From Rhizophagus irregularis (Eukaryota), in NCBI RefSeq assembly GCF_026210795.1, contig NC_089434.1, positions 2,170,001 through 2,234,000 on the forward strand: a stretch of 64,000 bases of DNA, read 5' to 3'. Below are positions 13,806 through 27,822 of the stretch, in pieces. Under the pieces are notes generated by a model. That model saw nothing but the letters and a program-made list of their open reading frames with translations, did no database searches and was not told where the DNA came from. A program made the translations under genes and the position numbers. Positions within the stretch are counted from its first letter, which is position 1, and the number at the start of each line of letters is the position of its first letter.

Positions 13806-16800
13806 TTACAAATGAAATTGTCTATTGATAGGTATGACTGCCATATAAGTAATCAGTTTTTGGTTGCCTATTGTAAATTTACAAGGTAAAAATCGGCTAT
13901 ATATATTATGAATCGGTATAATACAATCTCTTGATAATTCGTGAAAATAATCTTTCCACAATTCAATATTACAGCTTTTATCATCCCGATTGTCGATTCT
14001 GCAATGAAATCTTGTTTTTTCCCTGCTCTACATATACCATTTTATAAAAGCAAGTTGATATGTCTTTGCACCGGTTGGAAGCGGAACTGTGTGCTAAAAA
14101 TAAATTGCACTTGTCCGGGAAAAATATCGACAGATTCATCATCTTGTATAAACTTGCTTGTGACATATGAACTTCTTTGATATCGAGGTGCAAGTGCAGA
14201 TCCAAAGATTTCAGTAGCAATCCTAATACGACCGAATTGAGGCACATTGGGCGATATAACAATTGGTTGATTTTCAGAATTGCTTAATGTCAAATTATTT
14301 GAAACAAATTCGGCAATTGATACAAAATCCCTATTGTATGTTTCATTGTAATATTTTATCAGAAGTTCATATATAGTATCTGGTAACGATACTTGCTTTT
14401 TTGGGTAATTATTTCTCTGGAAAATTCTTCACAACCGGTAATTGTAACGTCAATATTTTGATGAAAGGTTCGCATAAATCGGTAAAGTTCAGCAAAATCG
14501 AACCCATCGTAAACCGCTAAACTTCCAGTAGTTGGCTTATTTTGTACCAGAGATAATGCTTCCATCAATTTTGGATTATCCGATTGGGCGGATATTAGGC
14601 AATTTAGCCGTGAATTTTGCGTGATGATTCACATCAATTCTAGTTCAATAGCTCGCTTACTATTTGGAAAAGAACCTACAGCAAGATGATAAATAAATTA
14701 ATTCATTTATACCATTTATTAAATTTAACTTATACCGATAACTTATACCGATTTATATATATATTTACCTAATAATCCGTTCATTCTTTCAAACGAGTAA
14801 CACCAGAAAGAATATAATGGGCCATAATCATGGCAACAATCGACAATATGGAGTGATAAATGGATGTTTGGAGTTATCATCTCTTTTCCGTAATATGTTT
14901 CAATTAAACGAGCTACTTGAAGCAATGAGCTTCACGCAATGCATTGGTGGTGATAATTCGATAGACAAGCAAAGAGCAAGCTCTTACAAAATTTGCTAAT
15001 ATTTCACGATCGGAAGTATCTAGGAGATATCACATCAATAGAGTCGCGTAAATTAAAATAAACGATTTCCATTGATCGGCTGTAAATCCAGAAAACCTTT
15101 CCCCAGTTGCTATTTTATACGGAATCCTTCTGATATCTGCTGGTACTTTAAGAGCTTTTGCTCTTCTTTCCATTAATTCAAGGTCCTTTTTAGTGATTTT
15201 TCCGCTATCTATCCATAATTTCTTTACGATCCAATAAGCAATCTCCAGGAATAAACAGTGCATTGGATCGACAATAAGATGTCTTATCAGGTTGAAATAA
15301 GGCAATCTTAGCATTTCTGACCACCACACGTGAGTGTCGGAAACATGTTTTTTTCTTTCTTCCTGAGTTCTGCACTGTCTCCAAAGTTCGGCATTTTGTC
15401 GATGCTCATTTGGATCTCTGGAAATGTACCAATCATCTATATCGTCAAACCCACCAAAATTAAACCTTCTTCTGCTGCTATTGGCTGTTTTGTAGCATCG
15501 ATGACAACCGACCAGTGCCGAAATATGTCCACATAATTTTCTAGCAGCTGGTATGTCATTGCTGCAGCAAATTACGGCCATCCAAATTCTTTTACCAGAT
15601 GGTAGATTGACGCCATCCCAGAATTCTAACAATTCATCGACAATTGGACTAAGAAAATGATTAATCTTGTGTAATTTTACTTCTTCCGGTCCTGGGAGAA
15701 GTCCAAGATATAGCATGTTTTCTCATTTAAATCTAATATCACAGGAAAGATTACATATGACCCCATAGATAACACCAGAACTGTAAGCTAACGAATTAAA
15801 TGGCTGGAACCAGTCTAAATTAATCATGATCCCAAGATTAGAATCGGCCATCTCATTTATAAAAAATCGAAAGATCCGGTTAGTTTGCCGAAGATGGAAA
15901 GCTTTTCCATACATCTCCATCGTAAATATCAGTGTATAAACCTGGTTCATTTCTCCGATTTGTCCATTTCTGAAGTGATTCTTCAAAGCCTGGGCGTTGA
16001 TACATCACAGTCAATTGCTTTTTCAATGATGGTATCGGATATAACATTCTGGGTCTTCAGACAAATCCATTAACTACCGAGACTTTATTAGTTAATTCTG
16101 TTCCACATATCCGCCTTTTATTACGCATAGGATGGTTAGGAAATTCCACATGAGTGCATTGGAATCCGGTATTTGTCTCATTTTGTGGATTTCCTGGCAA
16201 AATTTCTGATATTTTATACAGAGTGTTGCATTCAGGACATACCGCACATGTTCTATTTCGTTTATTAATTCCTAAAAGTTTTTTTGCTATATAAAAACTT
16301 GTAGGCAAATTTTCAAAACGTGTTCGATCAGTATCCAATAATACCATCCTGAAAAACTTAATAAATGACTCAATAGCAACATCCGGAATACGAAATCTCG
16401 CTTGGTATTTGAATATCCACAGAAGTATCCACGAATCATTAAAATTAATGTTCGTGTTAAAATATTTATGGTCTGACTCAAGATCATTAAAATCGGGAGC
16501 GGTAAATTCTTCAATCGGAATATCGTCCTCATCTGTAGTAGAAGCTCCATCATCATCGCTCGGTACTTTATCTTCAAGTTGAACTGGTTCCAGTTTAGTA
16601 GGTTGTTCAAGATTTATATCACGAAACTTATTGTGGCGTTTTCGTCTTTTCAGTCCATCAATCGGCTTATTATCAATTTCATTATCATTTTCATCATCAT
16701 CATTTCGTTCTGATTCTTCACCATCGTTTTGTTCTGATTCACCATCATCGTTTCGTTCTGATTCTTCATCATCATTTCGTTCTGATTCTTCATCATCATC

Positions 16801-17128
16801 GGTATCTGATAAATTCTCAACGACTCTAGTTCTTCTTTTTTTTCTTTCTTTAGAACTGTTGCTAGAATTGCTTTTTTTTCTTTCTTTAGAAATGTTATGT
16901 TTTTTGCCGGTTCCTCTTGATCGAGAAGCTTGAGATCCAGTAGTGATGGCTTGGAGTTGTTCTATTTCTTTGCGATGTCTCTCAAATGTTCTGAGATCCA
17001 GGATCCACCAATTTACTACCTCCGCAAAACAATAAACATTTACATTCAACCAAATTTCTAGTTTTAGGACCACTTTTAGTAACTTTCGAACGATCTCTAT
17101 TAACACGATATTTTCTTGGTCTTGGCAT
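13806..17128 (-). pseudogene. EnSpm/Tnp2 (Transposase_21-like) transposase, frameshifted
   Basis: Motifs INLDWFQPF, LLPGP.E, CSNDIPAARKLCGH, VDPMHCLFL, PNIHLSLH..DYGPLYSFWCYSFERMNGLLG; CPEC Zn ribbon; acidic 24-bp repeat (NDDEESER). Confidence 0.9.
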
Positions 17129-17231
17129 ATTTGGTTTGATATAAATATTTACCAACCCAATTTTATTTTAAATTTAAATAACCTGATTTAATAACTTTGA
17201 AGTTTGTTTATAAAATTCATCGTAATTAGTT

Positions 17232-17415
17232 CTCAATCAGTTAACTTATTTCATTTAGTTGATTAAATAAATTCTTAAAATTTCCATATCAATCAATTAA
17301 TTTATTTCATTTAGTTGATTAAATAAATACTTAAAATTTCCATATCAATCAGTTAGCTTATTTCATTTAGTTGATTAAATAAATTCTTAAAAATAATATA
17401 TCAATCAGTTATCTT
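17232..17415. repeat. About 57-bp tandem repeat, 3 copies plus a partial, between the divergent genes
   Basis: tcaatcagtta.cttatttcatttagttgattaaataaattcttaaaa starting near 17233, 17289, 17346 and 17401. Confidence 0.85.
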
Positions 17416-17775
17416 ATTGCAATTAATTAAAAAATAATAATATCAATCATGATTGAACAAATGAATTTTATGTATCAATTAATCGTATGAACGTATAAAT
17501 TGGAGAAATTGTGAGAAAATCACTATCGCTACTATTTTTAATATTAATTGCAACGGTTAATTAAATCAGTTTATTTTTTTTTTTAAATATAATAATAGTA
17601 ACAGTTAATTAAATCAGTCTATTTAAGCTAAAATAAACTATCGGGAATATATATATGAGCTAATTTAGACTCAACTTTTTCTTCTCGCTTGTTACCGATT
17701 TTTGTAACATAACCCTATATTTTTTTATCCGTAAATTTACTGAAACATATTCTTACTGAAATATTATAATTAAAT

Positions 17776-20030
17776 ATGACTAAAAACATAAAAAACATAA
17801 AAAACATTAAAAGAAGAAAAATCTGGAAAATGGTACCACTCAGATATAGAATCCTCCGATAGCGAAAAACCTGAAGCTAAAGTGTGAAAGACCAATAAAA
17901 CGGTTTTAAAGAAATAAATGGACAAACAATGGTAATTTAATTTATTTGATTTTCATCAGATTCTTTAATTTCTCAATTTATTAGCGATCAATACCTAATA
18001 TTAAACCAACGAAAAAACAAAAGCCCACTTTAATCGACTTTGTTGAAGACGAAGAAAGAAATATTGGTATATTTCAATATACTTATGTAATCATGCCCGA
18101 ATTTATTATATCACCTAATGATTATGAATTTAAAGTACTCGATAAAGAAAAACGAACAAAAAGACGTCAATCAGAACTAATGAAAGGCCAAAAAGGCCAA
18201 AAGTCCAGTGTAATTGATTTAGTTGACGATAACGACGATGATCTGATTCAACAGGATGAGAGCGATAATGATCAAACCGGTATGTTATTAATGTATATAT
18301 TATAAGTATATTATAATAAGATTATCAAATTTTATCAATTTTATCACAATTTTTCTTTTTTAGCGTTCCAGGAGCAGGTTGAAGAATTGAGTCAGTTGAT
18401 CAAGAAAATAACGAAAGGTAAACAAAAAGCAGCAAATCCGAAAGATATAATTATTGACTGGTCGGGAGTAGAAACCTCAGATTCTCCAGAAAAGTGCCAA
18501 TACGTATCCCGATCACCAAAAAAGAACTGATATATCCAAGCTTATGGAATTGTCGGATCATCAAAAGAATATGGAGTTGTTGGATCATCAAAAGAATATG
18601 GAGTTGCCAGATCATCAAAAAGTGCCCCGCCTCCATCCTCATCGTCATCATCATCGTTATCCTCATCCTCATCCCCATCTCCATCTCCATTCCCATCCCC
18701 ATCCTCCTCATTTTCATCCTCAAATTCGTCGTTTCTTTATTACGAGGAAATGGATCGGGATCTAAGAACTGCTTTAAGGGTAACTATTTTTTTTTTTAGT
18801 TCAGTTTAATTTTCCTGATTGTTTGCTAATCAGTTGATATTCTTACGATTAGAATGAAATTGCCGGAATTATGGACTGACTTCTGGAAGACAAAGCATTA
18901 AATACTAGGAAAACTTTTGATAGTCAGCGGAAGTTAGTCCAAAATAACATAATTCTGGTAGTACAAAAAATGATCAATAAGAATATATTCTCTGTATCCG
19001 ACGGTGTGATTAAGTATATCGTGCATGAGAGACATCATCACCAGAAAGAGCTACTACTCAATAGCGAGAAGGATGCCAATTGGAAAGATCTCGAAAAAAG
19101 AAGAAAGCATGCAAATTCAAGACGAAGTGATGTAAATATTAAATCGTTGTTTTTATATTACCTTATCTTATAATTTTCTATTAATTATTTAGAAGCAGGA
19201 AAGACAAAATAAAACTATCGACAAGTTAAAAAAATTAAAGATCAATTGATAAATAAGTTCCACACCAACGAGCTCCAGCCTCTTCAGACTGATAATTGAT
19301 ACCACAGTCTGGAGGTATCGGAGACCGATAGCGATAACCCTAATAAGCGAAAGATCATCATACGGGATCTCAAATGGAGATCAGCTACCGTAAATATTCG
19401 AATAATTTTTACCAATCGGTGCATAATAATTCGTATTTTTATTCTTTTTTTTTTTTTATAGCTACACTCTTTTTTACGAAATTACGTCAATAATGCGGCA
19501 TCAAATGCTCGACGTGTAAGAAAACAGATGTATGATACCGAATACGCTCCTAATGAGAACAGTGCACCCGTTAATGCCCCCAAATGGGCAAAAATCAGTT
19601 ACAAAGGATCGTTGAAACATTTAGTGGAAAAATATAGTGCTAATCGCGAAGAGGTAGAGAACGATAAAAGCCAGGAAGACGACGATAAAATCCAAGAAGA
19701 CGATGATAAAATCCAAGAAGACGATGATAATATAAAAGCCAGGAAGACGATGATAAAAGCCAGGAAGATGACAATAAAAGCCAGGAAAATGACAATAAAA
19801 GCCAGGAAAATGACAATAAAAGCCAGGAAAATGACAATAAAAGCCAGGAAAATGACAATAAAAGCCAGGAAAATGATGATGCAACCGGCGGAGAAAGAAA
19901 CGAAGATCAGGAAAAAGAGCAGGATGAAGAAGTGGACAATAGGAAAAAAAGGAAAAAGAGAAGTGTAAGTCTTGTTTCAGAAGAATACGATAGTAGTAAT
20001 AGTAGTAAATCGGTGGGATGATTCAATTAT
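17776..20030 (+). pseudogene. Second, multi-exon gene of the CMC element; unknown function
   Basis: GT-AG-bounded exons; YGIVGSSKE x3 followed by a Ser-rich tract; YHSLEVSETD..IIIRDLKWRS; acidic 21-bp repeat tail. Stops and frameshifts present; end approximate. Confidence 0.65.
19665..19880 (+). repeat. 21-bp coding minisatellite (about 10 copies)
   Basis: (gacaataaaagccaggaaaat)n and variants; reads DNKSQEN in the likely frame. Confidence 0.9.
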
Positions 20031-20452
20031 ATAATAATAATTTAGCAATAAATTTATTTCTGTAAAACCGATTTTTATAATTTTAATAATTAATATATAA
20101 TCGTATTTAGTAAACTAACCAAAATATAATTAATAAAACCGTAAATTTAAAATAAAAATGTATGGCAATCGGAAGATTTTTTATTGGTTGAAAAGTTAAC
20201 AATCGGTATACTGATATGTCAAATAGTAAATGGCCTATTGTAACCCGATTGTACTCTATTTAAATATCTGATTGTACTCTATTTGAATATCCCGATTGGA
20301 ACTCTAATGTACTCTTATTGCGCCATTTTTTGGTAGCAATCAGGATTCTCCCGATTGATAATAAACAAAAAAAATAGGGGACCAATAAGATGGAAATCAG
20401 GTAACCTGATTTCCATCTTATTGGTCCCCTATTTGTCATCATTTGACCGGTG

Positions 20453-20836
20453 TTTATTTTAAAAAGACCCGTAAAATGTTGATCTGGATCATCTGATTTT
20501 TTCAGTCATTTACCAACTGATTTGCTGAATTATTGCCAATTAGTTATTGATTTTTACCGTTTGGCAAATTTGGCAAAATTGTGTTGATTTATATGACCAA
20601 TCAGTATAATTTTACTGAATGATCTTAAAAGAGCAATTTTTCGTATAATAATCGGTATAGGTTGATTTTTCACCAAAAGACTGAATGAGTTTTCGTTTAA
20701 CAATCAGTATTAGTTGATTTGTGATTGATTTTACCGATTTTTGCCATTGGTCAAAAAATGTGACGAATCACATGACCAATCGGCAAAAATTATGCCGAAA
20801 GCTTTTAACGGTCAAAAGTTTTGATTTCGACCAGTG
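20453..20836. mobile_element. Orphan right end of another CMC-type element
   Basis: Ends in ttcgaccagtg (rc CACTGGTCG); similar caatc/gattg-rich subterminal sequence. Confidence 0.5.
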
Positions 20837-21279
20837 TATGGATTATTTAAATATAAATATGATTAAATCAAAAAATAAAAAAAATCTTAGTTTGATTTCA
20901 ATTAAAAATAATTGAAAATCATGTATATGTTTAATTGTTTTAAATATAAATATCAATATATCATATTTAAAAATAAAACAATTTATTATTAGCACATTCT
21001 ATTGAATTTTAAAAAAATCAATTTTTTTTTTAAAAAACAAAATCATCAATATATCATATTTAAAAATAAAACAATTATATTCTGATTAAATATTTTGCGT
21101 ACATTTCTTAAAAAAATCATAAAAAAAATCTTGTACATCATACATGCAATTAAGAATGGGTTCGCAAATGATTTTCAAATTCCGCAATATTGCAGATTTT
21201 GGAGTTGAATTGCGGTTAGTAGCCCACAATTCTGCAATTCTAATTGCTAGTACCCATAACTATCAATTTTGTATATTTA

Positions 21280-22585
21280 TAAAAATGCCGGAACTATGGG
21301 TTCCGGCATTTTCTTTTAATTTTTTTTTACATAAAAATGCCAGAACTATGGATTCCGGCATTTTCTTTTGATTTTTTTTACATAAAAATGCCAGAACTAT
21401 GAGTTCTAGCGTTTTCTTTGATTTTTTTTACATAAAAATGCCAGTATTATGGTTCTGGCATTTTCTTTTGATTTTTTTACATAAAAAATGCCAGAACTAT
21501 AAGTTCTGGCATTTTCTTTTGATTTTTTTTACATAAAAACGCTGGTACTATGGTTCCGGCATTTTCTTTTGATTTTTTTCACATAAAAATGCCAGTACTA
21601 TAGTTCTGGCATTTTCTTTTGATTTTTTTCACATAAAAGCTGGTACTATGGTTCTGGCATTTTCTTTTGATTTTTTTTACATAAAAATGCTGGACTATGG
21701 TTCTGGCGTTTTCTTTTGATTTTTTTACATAAAAATGCCAAAACTATGGTTCTGGCGTTTTCTTTTAATTTTTTTTACATAAAAATACCGGAACTAAGGT
21801 TGCTTGCCAAAACCTCTCCAAAATCCTGAGATAAATTTCGGCAAGATTTTACTATATGTTTACTATAGTTTCAGCAGGATTTCGGCAGTTTCGGCAAATG
21901 GGGGTTTCGGCATTTTGGCAAAGTTTTGGCAGGATTTTTAATATGATTTAATATAGTTTCGGCATTTTCTGTATAGGTTTCGGCAGTTATTAAGAAGGTT
22001 TCGGCAAGCAACCTTAACCGGAACTATGGTTCTGGCATTTTCTTTTAATTTTTTTCACATAAAAACACCAGAACTATGGTTCTGGCGTTTTCTTTTGATT
22101 TTTTTTACATAAAAATGCCAGTACTATAGTTCTGGCGTTTTCTTTTAATTTTTTTTACATAAAAACACCAGAACCATTTCCGGCATTTTCTTTAATTTTT
22201 TTATATAAAAATGCCGGAACTATAGTTCCAGCGTTTTCTTTTGATTTTTTTTTACATAAAAACGCCGGAACTATAGTTCCAACATTTTTTTAATTTTTTT
22301 TATGTAAAAACGCCAGAACTACGGTTCTGCATTTTTAAATTATTTTTTATATAAAAATGCCGACAATAGATTCGCATTTTTTTAAAATTTTTTTTTATAT
22401 AAAAATGCCAGAACTATGAGTCTTGACATTTTTATAAATTTTTTATTTTATATAAAGATACTGGAACTATTGATTTTGGCATTTTTTTTTCTAATTTTTA
22501 TAAAAACGCTGGAACTATTATTTCTGGCATTTATTTTATTTTTTTTATTAAAATTGCCAGAACTATTAGTTCCAGCATTTTTTTT
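21280..22585. repeat. About 50-bp palindromic tandem array, roughly 22 units
   Basis: Unit ataaaaatgccagaactatggttctggcattttcttttgattttttttac. Confidence 0.95.
21795..22016. mobile_element. hAT MITE nested in the array
   Basis: TIR taaggttgcttgcc.aaacc; 8-bp TSD accggaac. Confidence 0.92.
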
Positions 22586-23316
22586 GCAGTTATAATAAAA
22601 GAAAATGCTGTTTCTGGCAGTTTTTCCAAATTACCGATCCATTTTTTTCTAAAAAAATAAAATCATTTTTTTTAAATTTTGTTAATGAAAAATGATTTTT
22701 TTTATGATTAATAATAAGAGAAAATATATTTTTTAGTAGTTAAATTAAAAAATTATATTTCATTAAAAAAAAATTAGTTTTTTTTGCAAACATTCCGCAA
22801 ATCTGCAACTATTCCGCAATTCCACAAATATTCTGCAATTGAATTGCGGTACTTTGGATATTTGCGGATTTGCAGAATATTTGCGGGATTGTGAATAATT
22901 GCGGATTTGTGGATCTGTGGATTTTAGATTTAAAAATCTGCAATGTTCTGTAATACCGTAAATCGCAATTATTCCACAATTACATATTTGCAGCACCATC
23001 CTTACATGCAATTACTAAATATCATCCCCTTGTGATAAATAAAAAATTACGCAACACAAATTCAACACAAATTCAACACAAATTTATCAAATTTAACGAA
23101 ATTTGGCCAAAATTAATAATTTTTTACCAGAATTATCAATACAAATTGAACACAAATTGAACACAAATTTCAGTCACGATTTATTTATGTCATACTCGCG
23201 TTATTAATAATTAAATAAATAAATCTGCATTTTATTTATGATATGGAAAACATGACCATAAATTCTTTTAAGGATATAATTTTATTAAAATAAATCAAAA
23301 CTCCTATATCAAGTGA

Positions 23317-26300
23317 CTAAAAAAAATATTTATTTACAAAATATTCATTTTGTTTATCAAATCGGGGTACTATGTGAACAACACCATGTATAGACAGGAC
23401 CCCGGAAACTATATATAAAGGTTGGTCTAAAAAATTGAATTTTTTATATGAACTTTACCCAAACTCCTATTGGATAGATGGTCAAAAAAGGAAAAAAATC
23501 ATAACAAAATTGGTATCACCTTCCTTTTAAGTATATAATTTAGCCATTTTTAGTAATGATTTGCAAAATATTTTCTTATGACTTTACCCATTTTAACTGC
23601 AACCTATCTATAGAGTTTCCAGGGTCCTGTATAGACTCTATAGCTACAAAGTTATATAATTCTATCAATTTTAAGTGAGGACATCCATATAAATATGGGT
23701 TCCTTTTAGATTTAAAATCGTACCATTGAATTAATGCGAGATTTAGCGGTGGATCTGTTAATACTTCTGCTAACAATAAGGCCTATAAATAATAAATATT
23801 TATTAATACTTTTATAATAAATTATTACATAAATTGGAAAATACCTGTCCATAACAAAGTCCTTTGTTTAATATATAATCATTTGATTCTTCAGAATCCA
23901 TTGAAATAGCTATATCGCTAAACCATACTTTATTATGATACCTGTTTGTGGCACGTATTATGGTACCATTTTCCAGTGTTACTGATCCATATATGTTTAT
24001 TTGGGTTTCACCAATAATTGTAAAACCATCAAGTAAATCTAGATATGAATCCAGACAACCTATAAATCTAGCAAAACCGGTCTGCATTTTATTGTTTACG
24101 GAATCTTTTTTTCATTAAAAAATGTATTTGCATCTTGTAAAGAGAATTCAAAGAGTCTTGCAGAAAATTTACAAGTGCGAGGTGTTTTTGCGGTTTGCCA
24201 GATTCACTGAATATTGAGACATTCTAATAGATATTGCTTGACGTTTTATCTATTAATTTAATTTCCATCTTAAGTTATATAATAAATATATACAATAAAT
24301 AAATTTCCAAATACTTACAGTTCGTAAAAGCTGAGGTTCAACATTTTTTTTATTGCTAATTCGGTAGGGTATTTTAACAAAATATTTATGAAGACTTTCG
24401 TAAGTTTCTGTGGTATAGCCATTTATTGCGCCATAAGATCGTATTGAGTTAATAATGTGATAAACTCATGAATGCAATTTAGGCAACTTCAAATTGGAAG
24501 GAGAAACAAATTTAAAAGCCTTGACAAACATCCGGACCCATCTATGTATTGCATCCTAAAATTTAAATGTTAATTTAATTTATTTAATTTAGTAAATTTT
24601 TAATTTTACTAAAATTTTAATACATACATTAAATTTCTCTAAGTCACTTTCACTAAATTCTTCATATCTACTTAAAATATACATTTCATTCCAATATTCA
24701 TACAATTTTGCAAGATCATCATTATTTACAAAATTATCTACTTCGTTATTATTTTCATTATATAAATTATCAATAACAAATATCATGACTTTCATTAAAC
24801 TTCGATATTCATTAGCAGTTAATCTTGCAATTGACTGCAGTTCATTGGAAAAAATTTTAATGGCGGAAAAACGTGGAATTGCTGCTAAACAGCGATCTAC
24901 TTCTTCAACTAATTTATTACCATTAACATGTTGCAATTTTAAGATATTGTACGTGAAGATAATTTGATAACAAAATAAACCCAAATCTAAATAATGCATT
25001 CTGTCAGGAACAGTAGTCAAGTAAATATTTATATTTCTTGATAATATAAATATTTATAATTAATATATATATATGTTATTATAATTATTTCTACTTTTGC
25101 ATACTTATGGCAAATCCCAAAAAAAATTATATACAGATTCTATGCAAACAGATTTTTGTGTATCATTTTCAAAATATTTACGCATTTCATCATGAGTTCT
25201 TAGTATTACATCATTAACCGATAAGTCTATATTTGCAAGATTGTCCTTTTTAATTAAACAGGAGTGACATGGAAGGCTTGAATTGGAGGATTTATAAACT
25301 AAACAAAAACTTGTGGCTTCTGGCCAATCTGCAATAATAGTTGAAACTTTAGGATAAAACCAGGTATTTTCATTATTTATAAAAAAGTCTATACCATCTT
25401 TTAATAAAATAATCAGTTCTAGTAAATGACATAAAGATTTATGAAAGGTATCACGAACCAGATTTTTATTTGCAGCTTCTAAAATTGGTAAATATCCCAA
25501 AAGTTGCTTTGCATCCTGTTTATTACAACGTCATATTGGGATATTGCCTAATGTAATATATATTGGATGCAATTGACTTTTTCCTAATGTATCTGTGGTT
25601 GTTGCATTTGAATATAAAATAATTGATAATAATTTGGAACTAGTAGGTAAGGATTCTTGCGTAGTCTTCCACCATTTTCCAGTATTTTTGCTCACCGTAA
25701 ATACTTTCTCCATTATACTATAAAATAATATAAATAAATTAAAATAAATATTATTTAAATTATTGAATTAAATAATATTTGGCATTTACCTCAAAGTTTT
25801 CGTAAGATAGCGCAAAATTTTGCATTATGTCAGGAATAGCTAAAATATTTTTGATGCACTGTATTAAATTTTGATAATAATAAAAAAAATAATCTTTATC
25901 CTTATGTTTTGTTATGAGAACTTTACTAAATTCTAAATTAGAAAACTTCATGTTATTCATAAATGCTCGTCCCTGTTCAATATTTTTTGGTAATGGTGAT
26001 TCTGTAAGATTTGAATGTTTATTAAAAAATCATATTATTTCATTACCACCTTTATTGTTTATTTTGTATTTCGTTACTAATAACATTAGATCTTTATAAG
26101 CATCATTAGGAAATTTTGTGCAAGTTTTGGAATTAGGATTTTCAGATTCTTCAAAAATTTCAGTCTCTTCAGAAGAATCTAATATATTTTCAAAGTTATC
26201 TTCAAGACTCATCACTGATATTGCACTTCCAATACTATCAAAAGACATGTTTTGTGCATCATTATCATCATCCATCTAAAATTATAAGCTAAATGAGTTA

Positions 26301-26533
26301 GTATATCTGAGCTTTTTCTTAAAAGCTCCAAAAAGAATAATCTGGAATACATAATTACCTCAACTTTATCATTTTCATATTCACTACTTTGATTACTTCT
26401 TGTATCTATTTCACTGTTATATTTTTCACTATCGTCGTCATCATTATCTTCTACTTCTACATTTTTTAAGCATTTCTGGGCGTGTTGAGTATATGCAAAG
26501 CGTTAACTGAATATTCGCATACAAAGGAGGCAT
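23317..26533 (-). pseudogene. Plavaka transposase, multi-exon, disrupted
   Basis: Motifs IILYSNATTTDTLG..LHPIYITLGNIP, IIADWPEA..FCL, PDRMHYLDLGLF, LPKLHS..H...I..YGA.NGYTTETYESLHK.FVK.PYR, VVHIVPRF. Confidence 0.88.
23396..23628. mobile_element. AGGACCC-ended MITE in the last transposase exon
   Basis: TIR aggaccc.ggaaact.tata; 8-bp TSD gtatagac. Confidence 0.88.
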
Positions 26534-26921
26534 TTGAAACAGGACCGGGAAAACTACTAATAAAGGTCACCGGTTTTCTTGGTTCGAACCCATATTTAAT
26601 TTTCAAAAAGGTCACCGTAAAAATAATTAATAAAAGTCACGTGTTGGTTCGCAAGAATAAGAAAATTTGAGTGAAGATCTTTCCTTTTTCTGTTTTTAGA
26701 GCGAAAACATGTGAATAAATAGCCAATTGACCAATCATAAGATGGTTCGCATTTATATGATTTTCTGATTTTTTTCCAGTGACCTTTATATATAGTTTTC
26801 CCGGTCCTTTTGAAACTCATGTTACTAATTAATGCGTCAAATTTGATGAAAGCATCAATTCACTATTCAATTTATATGAGATTTCGTATGCTAACAAAAT
26901 TTTGAGTAGGCATTAACAAAT

Positions 26922-27220
26922 GGCTGTAAGAATCCAGGTGGCTAATACGGCTTATTCAATTGGCTAATCATCCACAAATTTACGCATTAACGGGCTGTAA
27001 GAATCCAGGTGTCTAATACGGCTTATTCAATCGGCTAATCATCCACAAATTTACGCATTACACTATTTCGAGAATGTTATAATTTTATCTTATTTTGAGC
27101 TATACTGAATATTTCTGAGTTCTTTAAAATTTGCTAAGTGCCTCGTATATTATGAAATCAGCTGTAATGGGCTGTAAGAATCCAGGTGGCTAATACGGCT
27201 TATTCAATTGGCTAATCATC
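26922..27220. repeat. About 50-bp repeat, 3 copies, between the divergent Plavaka genes
   Basis: ggctgtaagaatccaggtggctaatacggcttattcaattggctaatcatc near 26922, 26993 and 27172. Confidence 0.9.
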
Positions 27221-27822
27221 TGAATTTCATCACTAATTTGGACTGATAACCAGCACAAATTTATGCGATAATCAGTTATAAGCGCTATCAATCTGATCAG
27301 CCAATTGGCTTTAACAGTTTACTGGCTGCAACTTTTTTTTTGCCATGCATAAAAGCTCCAATATGTGTAACATGTTATTTTTTTATAAATGGGTATTGAT
27401 TAATACTTCGATTGTACTATATGCTTTTACGAAAGTTTTTTTAAAAATTCTCTTATGAAAGTGTTACAATTTTTTTTTCGTAATATCATGATGCAAAATT
27501 TTTGCATTAGTTCATTCATTTTTCGTAATATTTCGCATTAGTTCATCCATTTTTTGCAATATTTCACAAGTTTTTTTTCTTTTTTAGTATAGAATAGCAA
27601 AAATGACGTTATGACAGTTTTCCTCCTTTTTCTGAACCTCTGGTTTATGTATTCCCCCTTTTTCGTATTTTTAGTTCCTCATTTTCAAATTTCTGGTCCA
27701 TGTCTTTCCCCTTTTTCTCATATATTCTCCTTTCGTATTTCTAGTTCCTCTTCAAATTTCTAGTAATATCTCTTTCTTCTTTTCGAGTTTAGTTTATATC
27801 TCTTCCTTCACATATTATCCCG

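Larger units (their letters stand above)
13527..20452 (-). mobile_element. CMC/EnSpm-type DNA transposon with two divergent genes
   Basis: Imperfect TIRs cacaggtagaaagctgaccaatcggg / (rc) caccggtcaaatgatgacaaataggg, with subterminal palindromes. No matching TSD. Confidence 0.8.
21151..23004. mobile_element. Non-autonomous hAT element containing a 50-bp hairpin tandem array
   Basis: TIR taagaatgg..gcaaat / atttgc..ccatcctta; 8-bp TSD catgcaat. Confidence 0.88.

Noticed and set aside
18544..18765. His-rich ORF suggesting a metal-binding peptide
   Set aside because: Off-frame reading of the Ser-rich exon of the CMC partner gene.
19621..19884. FPGFYCH and SFSWLLL repeat ORFs
   Set aside because: Antisense readings of the 21-bp minisatellite.
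21280..22585. CRISPR-like palindromic array
   Set aside because: Linkers are not unique spacers, there are no cas genes, the context is eukaryotic, and the array sits inside a TSD-bounded hAT element.
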